The notes under the pieces are model-generated. The model was not told where the DNA came from and searched no databases. It saw nothing but the letters and a program-made list of their open reading frames with translations. A stretch of 41,159 nt of DNA, taken from positions 1 through 41,159 of the forward strand of contig CAZLZX010000001.1 of NCBI GenBank assembly GCA_964564095.1, read 5' to 3'. The translations under genes were made by a program, and so were the position numbers. Positions 35,240 through 41,159 of the stretch are shown here, piece after piece (position 1 is the stretch's first letter; every line of letters begins with the position of its first letter). Origin of the DNA: an uncultured Eubacterium sp. GTDB lineage: Bacteria; Bacillota; Clostridia; Lachnospirales; Lachnospiraceae.

Positions 35240-37011
35240 TTCGCACCACCTACCTTCCATGAAATGGTAGTCTGATAATCATTCCACATCTTATGGTATA
35301 ATCCGTCTTTCTCCAAAAGCGCCGCATGTGTCCCGCACTCTTCAATACTTCCATCCTTCAGTACATAAATGCAGTCTGCATTCTTAATGGTCGTCAATCT
35401 GTGTGCGATCATGATAACCGTCTTATTTTTAGCCAATTCTTCAAATGCCTTCTGTACCAGAACTTCATTTTCCGGATCTGCAAAGGCCGTGGCCTCATCC
35501 AATACCAGGATCGGAGAGTCCTTCAAGATTGCCCTGGCGATGGATATCCTCTGCTGCTCTCCGCCGGATAAATAAATTCCCTTAGTACCAATTACCGTGT
35601 CTATGCCCTGCGGCAATTTTTCAACGATATCATCACACTGTGCCCGATGCAAGGCGTCCCGAACCTGCTCTCGTGTGGCATTTGGCCTTGCCAGACGTAC
35701 ATTCTCAAAAATAGACATTTTCAGCAGCCGGCTATCCTGGAATACATAAGAAATCGTTTCTGCCAGATTTCTTTTTCCTATTTCCCTGACATTGATATTT
35801 CCAATCCTGATTTCTCCCTGGTTCACATCCCAAAATCTTGAGAGCAGGCCAGCGACAGTCGTCTTTCCTCCGCCGGATGGTCCCACTAACGCAACAGTTT
35901 GACCAGAATCTACCTTGAAGGAAACATTCTCTATCGCATTTGTATCCGCATTTTTATATCGAAATGTCACGTTAGAAAATTCTACGGAATTGTCTTCGGG
36001 AACCGCTGCCGTTACCGGCTCTCCCAACGGTTTTTCATCCAGTATGGAATGTATTCTCTGTAATGCATCATTTACCATCATCATATTTTCACTCATGTAC
36101 ATGACCTTTGTCAGCATATTTACAATCACAGGCGTAAAAATAATATAAAAGACCAGATTGATCAAAACAGCTTCTCCGCCAGTCTGGGATCTTGACAAAG
36201 CCAGCCCCAGTACAATGAGAAATGCAAAGGTACTGTTGATACAGGTCGTAAAGATCAACATCGGCGTCCTGCATTTTTTTGTATAGGAGATGCAGAATTT
36301 ATAATAATTATCAATAGAAGCTTTAAACCGCTTAAAAGAAAATACCGTCTGCCCAAAGGTTTTGACCACCGGAACACCCCGCACATACTCTACCGCTTCA
36401 TTATTCATAGCCTCCATTGCATTCTGATACCGCTGCATATCATGCGCCATAGAGGGCCCTGCCATCTTAAACATTGCCAGAAATCCTAAAACAACCGGAA
36501 TCAAGCTGACCAATCCAAACCGCCAGTCAATGACAAACAAAATGACCAGCATTCCAACCGGCAATGCGATAGCCCCTGCCATATCCGGCAGTTCATGCGC
36601 CAGGTATGTCTCTGTGGCCGCACTGGACTCATTGACGATCCGCCGGATACGTCCGCTGCCCATCTCCCCGGTAAATCCCAAGGGCAGCTCCGTAACATGC
36701 CTCATAGCTTTCTTTCTTATATTACCTGCCACTCTGAATGCTGATACATGGGAGCACATCAGCGCTCCGAAATATACGCCCATGGATATCAGTGAAAAAA
36801 TCACTGCCATCCACCCATTGTGTACGATTCCGGTGGCTTTGGAAAAATCCGGCTGTACCTCCAGCACCTCTTTAATGATCAGCCAGATATAGATAAATGG
36901 CAGCAGCGAGATCAGAGCACTTGCCGCCGACAGTATCCAGGACATATACGTAAGATATTTTCTCTTACCTGCATATGACATAAGCTCCGAAAGATTACTT
37001 TTTTTGTTCAA
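35233..37011 (-). CDS. ABC transporter TMD+NBD half transporter (YbtP/IrtA-like)
   Basis: SHVSAFRV, ETYLAHELPD, AVEYVRGVPVVKTFG, GPSGGGKT, LDEATAFADPENE; TTG start after AAGGAGG. Confidence 0.9.
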   Translation of the reverse strand: MNKKSNLSELMSYAGKRKYLTYMSWILSAASALISLLPFIYIWLIIKEVLEVQPDFSKATGIVHNGWMAVIFSLISMGVYFGALMCSHVSAFRVAGNIRKKAMRHVTELPLGFTGEMGSGRIRRIVNESSAATETYLAHELPDMAGAIALPVGMLVILFVIDWRFGLVSLIPVVLGFLAMFKMAGPSMAHDMQRYQNAMEAMNNEAVEYVRGVPVVKTFGQTVFSFKRFKASIDNYYKFCISYTKKCRTPMLIFTTCINSTFAFLIVLGLALSRSQTGGEAVLINLVFYIIFTPVIVNMLTKVMYMSENMMMVNDALQRIHSILDEKPLGEPVTAAVPEDNSVEFSNVTFRYKNADTNAIENVSFKVDSGQTVALVGPSGGGKTTVAGLLSRFWDVNQGEIRIGNINVREIGKRNLAETISYVFQDSRLLKMSIFENVRLARPNATREQVRDALHRAQCDDIVEKLPQGIDTVIGTKGIYLSGGEQQRISIARAILKDSPILVLDEATAFADPENEVLVQKAFEELAKNKTVIMIAHRLTTIKNADCIYVLKDGSIEECGTHAALLEKDGLYHKMWNDYQTTISWKVGGAKC

Positions 37012-37047
37012 TAGATTTCCCTCCTTTGATTCGGCAGTATGCCTTTT

Positions 37048-37063
37048 GTTAGTTTTGGCTAAC
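37048..37063. promoter_or_regulatory. Putative DtxR/MntR-type metal-repressor box
   Basis: Palindrome GTTAG-N6-CTAAC just upstream of the ABC pair RBS. Confidence 0.5.
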
Positions 37064-37165
37064 TATGTGTTAAAAACAATAGAACGCAACTGACAAAGCC
37101 GTTATATATCATACGAAAGACCTGCCCCGTATACCTTCTACCGTTTATCATATCTGTGTCTGTTT

Positions 37166-37780
37166 TTATATCAAGCCAAACAGCTTATCCCATCCTGCAT
37201 TGAAAAAGACCTGGATCTGTTTGATATAGGAAATGGCGTCAGCCTTCGGCAGCTCATGGGCCACTACCTCAAAGATTCCCTTAAACATTGCACTGGCAAG
37301 CATGTGATTCAGGTCGCTTCTTATCGGTTTTACCGGAATATTCAGGCCTTGAAGAAGCTCGATATACCGATCCGTATGCTTCATTTCTATGGCAATCATT
37401 TTCTCTATATAATACTCATAGCTGGAACCCGTACTTTTACTGACAATCAACCGAAATGCGTCAAAGTGATCGTAAATAATGTCTATCATATTGTCTATTT
37501 TAGCATCCACATATTCATGCATCTCATCCAACTGCCGCTGAGGCTCGAAAGCTGCAAATTCATTCTGAACGTCCTCATAATAGTTATATAGCAGTTCCGC
37601 CCCCTCATCTACCAGCGCCCGAAATATCTCATCCTTGTCTGAAAATCTGCTGTAAAGCATCCCCGTCGTATACCCGGCCCGTCTGGCGATTGTTCTCATA
37701 GAAGCATCCAGAAACCCTTTTTCCAGAAACTCTTCTTTTGCACATTCTAAAATGTTCTGTCTGATTGCATCATCTTTCAT
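37166..37780 (-). CDS. TetR/AcrR-family transcriptional regulator
   Basis: ILECAKEEFLEKGFLDASMRTIARRAGYTTGMLYSRFSDKDEIF HTH. Confidence 0.93.
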   Translation of the reverse strand: MKDDAIRQNILECAKEEFLEKGFLDASMRTIARRAGYTTGMLYSRFSDKDEIFRALVDEGAELLYNYYEDVQNEFAAFEPQRQLDEMHEYVDAKIDNMIDIIYDHFDAFRLIVSKSTGSSYEYYIEKMIAIEMKHTDRYIELLQGLNIPVKPIRSDLNHMLASAMFKGIFEVVAHELPKADAISYIKQIQVFFNAGWDKLFGLI

Positions 37781-37800
37781 AGATTGTATGTTCCTTTCTC

Positions 37801-37840
37801 ATAACACCGTTATGATAACACTGTTATATTTTTCTGTCAA
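37801..37840 (-). promoter_or_regulatory. tetR promoter with tandem palindromic operators
   Basis: TTGACA-17-TATCAT overlapped by ATAAC-ACC-GTTAT (37801-13) and ATAAC-ACT-GTTAT (37815-27). Confidence 0.8.
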
Positions 37841-38107
37841 CGGTATGTGACAGAAAGACTGCTATTTGATAAAAACTCTCACATGCACAAAAAAACCGTT
37901 TTTCTAAAAAATAGCTTTGGTTCAAACATCCTTTTTGCTTTATTCGCATAAATATGCCATGTACCTATTAATTTTTTATTAAATTGTATAAATTGCATAT
38001 TTTATGCAAAGATTTTATCTCAGATATGATACAATAACCACACCAAACACAGACAGCACATTTTATTCCCCAATGAAAAAGCTGACTGAAAGAAAGGAGC
38101 TACACTC

Positions 38108-38815
38108 TTGAAAATCAAAAAAGGTAAAATAATAGCTATTTTTATGGCAGCAACATTGTGTTTATCTGTATTCAGCGCATGTTCCTCATCACAGCCAAAG
38201 GATAACAATACCGAAAATACTACGAAAAGCGCTTCGGATCATAACTCCGACGGCAATACGGCTGATACGGGCGCAAATGACAATACTGACGACACCGCTC
38301 TTAATAATGACTCGAATAGCAATACTGATAATAACAGCTCTGAGGATCAGACCGGCATCAACATAGGGACATTTACGACACAGGATCTTAACGGGGAATC
38401 CTATACGGAAGCCATATTCAAAGACTATGATCTGACTATGGTCAATGTATTTACCACCTGGTGTACTCCTTGTGTCGAAGAAATGCCTTATCTGGAGGAG
38501 CTTTCAGCCTCTATGAAAGAACAGAATGTCCAGGTTATAGGCGTCCCCTTAGATGTATTGGATGAAACAGGCAATATCGATGAGGAAATGCTGGACCGCG
38601 CCAAACTTCTGGCAGAGCAGACAGGCGTTACTTATCCGCTTCTGCTGCCGGATTCCAGCTATATGAACGGCATGCTGACAGGTGTTGAAGCGGTTCCATA
38701 TACGTTCTTTGTAGATAAGAATGGAAATATTCTCGGCGATGGCTATGGAGGCAATGATCTGGAAGGCTGGACTACTGTGGTGGAAGACTATCTGAACATG
38801 GCGAAAGGAAACTGA
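38108..38815 (+). CDS. TlpA-like thiol-disulfide oxidoreductase lipoprotein
   Basis: Lipobox FSAC, N/D/T/S-rich linker, VNVFTTWCTPCVEEMP, VPYTFFVD; TTG start after AAAGGAG. Confidence 0.9.
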   Translation: MKIKKGKIIAIFMAATLCLSVFSACSSSQPKDNNTENTTKSASDHNSDGNTADTGANDNTDDTALNNDSNSNTDNNSSEDQTGINIGTFTTQDLNGESYTEAIFKDYDLTMVNVFTTWCTPCVEEMPYLEELSASMKEQNVQVIGVPLDVLDETGNIDEEMLDRAKLLAEQTGVTYPLLLPDSSYMNGMLTGVEAVPYTFFVDKNGNILGDGYGGNDLEGWTTVVEDYLNMAKGN

Positions 38816-38817
38816 TC

Positions 38818-38967
38818 ATGAAACGTTTTTGTAATTCACGTCTGTCTGGAATCGGTATGGCGATCCTGGGACTCATCCTGATGCTTTTTGGTATTTTCCG
38901 AGGCGAAGCAGCCGTAGTATTTGCCAAGGCAGTAAGAATATGTATGGAGTGTATCGGAATTGGCTGA
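38818..38967 (+). CDS. CD1871A-family small CXXC membrane protein, 49 aa (not in ORF track)
   Basis: Manual translation MKRFCNSRLSGIGMAILGLILMLFGIFRGEAAVVFAKAVRICMECIGIG; C-terminal ICxECIGIG; sits between TlpA and 4Fe-4S genes. Confidence 0.85.
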   Translation: MKRFCNSRLSGIGMAILGLILMLFGIFRGEAAVVFAKAVRICMECIGIG

Positions 38968-39116
38968 AGGTATATTGTATACTTCAGCGAAGAATTTGTT
39001 TGGGTGTATCGGAATTAGCTGAAGGTATATTGCATACTTCAGCGAAGAATTTGTTTGGGTGTATCAGAATTAGCTGAAGGTACATTGCATACTTCAGCGA
39101 AGAATTTGTATGGAGT
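38934..39116 (+). repeat. Tandem repeat, 55-bp unit, about 3.3 copies, one hairpin per unit
   Basis: GTGTATC starts at 38949, 39004, 39059; unit contains GCTGAAG-G-TATA-TTG-TATA-CTTCAGC stem-loop. Confidence 0.95.
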
Positions 39117-39125
39117 AACGTAAAA

Positions 39126-40025
39126 TTGACGAAAAACAGACAATCAAAGGAATGGCATCGTCACAGGTTTCAAATCCTATGGGCGCTGCTGACTAACAGT
39201 TATGTCCTTGGATATGTACAGGGAAAAATTTACAAAGGAAAGGCAAAAAATCTCTGCGTGCCCGGGCTGAACTGCTATTCCTGTCCGGGAGCAGTTGCAT
39301 CCTGTCCGATTGGCGCAATGCAGGCAGTGATCGGCAGTTACAATTTCAAGTTTGCTTTCTATATAGCAGGGTTTCTCGTGCTGGTCGGAGCATTTATAGG
39401 ACGCTTCGTATGCGGCTGGCTCTGTCCTTTTGGGCTGATCCAGGACTTACTGAACAAAATCCCCTTCCCGAAAAAACTGAAAAGCTTTCCGGGAGATCGA
39501 TTTCTCAGGAAACTGAAATATGTTATTTTAATCGTATTTGTCATTTTGCTTCCTATGTTCGTTGTAGATATTCTGGGACAGGGCACACCCTTTTTCTGTA
39601 AGCTCATCTGTCCGGCCGGTATGCTGGAAGGAGGCATCCCTCTGGTACTGCTGAATACATCCCTGCGGAGCGCATTAGGATGGTTATATGCATGGAAGGG
39701 CATAATTCTTGCCATAACCATATTCCTGTCCATCCTTATCTACCGCCCATTTTGCAAATACATATGTCCGCTTGGCGCCATTTATTCCATCTTTAATCCC
39801 ATCTCCATATTCAAATATGAAGTAGACAAGGATAAATGTACCCGATGCGGTGCCTGTGCAAATACATGCAAAATGCAGGTAGATCCGGCAAAAAATCCAA
39901 ATCATCCGGAATGTATCCGATGCGGGCAATGTAAAAAGATATGTCCGACAGGTGCCATTACCTGCGGATTTCATTCAAAAAGGAAATCTGCTGTGAACGT
40001 TCCTGAAACACCCCCGCAAACATAG
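39126..40025 (+). CDS. Membrane polyferredoxin-type 4Fe-4S binding protein (NapH/YccM-like)
   Basis: LNCYSCP, CGWLCPFG, CKLICPAG, CKYICPLG, two CxxCxxCxxxC ferredoxin motifs; TTG start. Confidence 0.88.
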   Translation: MTKNRQSKEWHRHRFQILWALLTNSYVLGYVQGKIYKGKAKNLCVPGLNCYSCPGAVASCPIGAMQAVIGSYNFKFAFYIAGFLVLVGAFIGRFVCGWLCPFGLIQDLLNKIPFPKKLKSFPGDRFLRKLKYVILIVFVILLPMFVVDILGQGTPFFCKLICPAGMLEGGIPLVLLNTSLRSALGWLYAWKGIILAITIFLSILIYRPFCKYICPLGAIYSIFNPISIFKYEVDKDKCTRCGACANTCKMQVDPAKNPNHPECIRCGQCKKICPTGAITCGFHSKRKSAVNVPETPPQT

Positions 40026-40029
40026 CGAA

Positions 40030-40071
40030 AAAAATACTCTCAGACACTTCTTTTTGCCTGAGAGTATTTTT
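40030..40071. terminator. Bidirectional intrinsic terminator
   Basis: AAAAATACTCTCAG...CTGAGAGTATTTTT. Confidence 0.85.
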
Positions 40072-40076
40072 ATATC

Positions 40077-41102
40077 CTATACCCGTATTTCTCCCGCCAA
40101 CACCCGCTTATAATCTTCATAATTCTTTTTAAGCAATTTGGGAATCGGCAGGGAATATGGACATCGCTGTGTACACTGTCCGCATTGCATACAATCCTGC
40201 GTTTTCTTCATCTCCGCCTGCATATCCTCGGTAAGCCATCCTTTTGATGGCGCACGTCGAAGCATCAAAGACATTCTGGCGCATTGATTGATTTTAATCT
40301 CTTTTGGACATGGCAGACAGTAACCGCATCCTCTGCAAAATTCCCCATTCAGCTCCTGCCGCTCCTTCTCTATAAATGCCGTTAGTTCTTCTGTCATAGC
40401 AGGCGTATCATCCATAAAAGCAAGCCATTCTTCCAGCTCTGATTCTTTTTGAATCCCCCAGATTGGAAGCACATTGTCAAACTGCGTCATATATGCCATA
40501 GCCGCACGGGAATTGTTGATCAAACCTCCTGCCAACCCCTTCATAGCAATAAATCCCACATTTTTTTCTCTGCATTTTTTAACCAGCTCGATCTCCCGTT
40601 CCGAGGACAAATAGCTCAACGGATACTGCAGGGTTTCATACAGACCGGATTCCACACAGTCAAAGGCAACCTGAAGTTTATGTGCTGTTACCCCAATATG
40701 TCTGATCTTTCCCTGAGCCTTCGCTTCCAGCATACACTCATACATTCCCGTACCGTCTCCAGGCACATAACACTGATCCACACAATGAAACTGGTAGATA
40801 TCCACATAATCTGTCCGGAGCAAACGCAGGGATTCATCTAACTGTTTCCAAAAATCCTCCGGTGTTCTGCCCATGGTTTTTGTAGCGATGAAAATTTTGT
40901 CACGCATTCCATCAAAGGCTTTGCCTACCTTTTCTTCACTGTCAGTGTACATTCTTGCCGTGTCGAAAAATCTCATACCGCCTTCATAGGCACGATGCAG
41001 TATGCTTACTGCAGTTTCCATATCGACTCTTTGAATTGGCAATGCACCAAAAGCATTCTGCTTTACGGTAATGCCAGTGCTGCCTAATGTAATCTGCTTC
41101 AT
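40077..41102 (-). CDS. Aldo/keto reductase with C-terminal 4Fe-4S dicluster domain
   Basis: FFDTARMY..SEEKVG, IATK, DYVDIYQFH, GKIRHIG; CRGCGYCLPCP and CMQCGQCTQRCP. Confidence 0.9.
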   Translation of the reverse strand: MKQITLGSTGITVKQNAFGALPIQRVDMETAVSILHRAYEGGMRFFDTARMYTDSEEKVGKAFDGMRDKIFIATKTMGRTPEDFWKQLDESLRLLRTDYVDIYQFHCVDQCYVPGDGTGMYECMLEAKAQGKIRHIGVTAHKLQVAFDCVESGLYETLQYPLSYLSSEREIELVKKCREKNVGFIAMKGLAGGLINNSRAAMAYMTQFDNVLPIWGIQKESELEEWLAFMDDTPAMTEELTAFIEKERQELNGEFCRGCGYCLPCPKEIKINQCARMSLMLRRAPSKGWLTEDMQAEMKKTQDCMQCGQCTQRCPYSLPIPKLLKKNYEDYKRVLAGEIRV

Positions 41103-41159
41103 AGTGCTCCTCCCACCAACAACATTTAACCATACTCATTCATAGTATTACTTCATATA

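Noticed and set aside
1487-37591. Long antisense ORFs (1487..2152, 9713..10423, 10663..11415, 16984..17709, 26595..27368, 32047..32643, 34082..34873 and others)
   Set aside because: Shadows of well-supported genes on the opposite strand; no recognisable motifs
38190-38350. Low-complexity N/D/T/S tract as a repeat element
   Set aside because: Ordinary flexible linker after the lipoprotein Cys
38965-39018. Selenocysteine read-through of the TGA followed by a SECIS-like hairpin
   Set aside because: The family normally ends at CIGIG; the TGA lies within the stem, and read-through adds only 17 unremarkable residues before TAG
38934-39116. CRISPR array
   Set aside because: The sequence between hairpins is itself repeated and derives from the adjacent gene; no unique spacers or cas genes

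Overview
Gene-dense chromosomal window of about 43% GC by eye. Gene content and sigma-A/RBS style suggest a clostridial gut Firmicute, probably Lachnospiraceae-like. No rRNA, tRNA, transposase, integrase or CRISPR array was seen. Ordinary genes include a SAM methyltransferase, C39 peptidase, BceRS-AB-type module, CorA, GT2, radical SAM enzyme, NCS2 permease, a YbtPQ/IrtAB-like ABC pair with TetR, a TlpA/CXXC/4Fe-4S cassette and an aldo-keto reductase. Two loci stand out. (1) A minus-strand operon (3597-9374) encodes two Cys-rich fucose/arabinose-isomerase-fold paralogues, an ACP-like protein with a Cys-x-G-A-T-S motif, a Na+:solute symporter, two tiny membrane proteins missed by the ORF track and a SufE with no SufS, next to a LysR. 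It is a candidate undescribed sulfur/Fe-S-dependent catabolic system. (2) A putative regulon comprises an orphan solute-binding protein, YesM/YesN, a VOC protein, a cytoplasmic beta-helix protein, an MFS transporter and a distant MDR dehydrogenase; the MFS and dehydrogenase promoters share a 32/36-identical 21-bp-period direct repeat. Two unrelated hairpin-containing tandem arrays (42 bp and 55 bp units) built from copied flanking sequence, and a four-repeat orphan protein, are also present. All product calls come from motif recognition by eye; no database searches were run.
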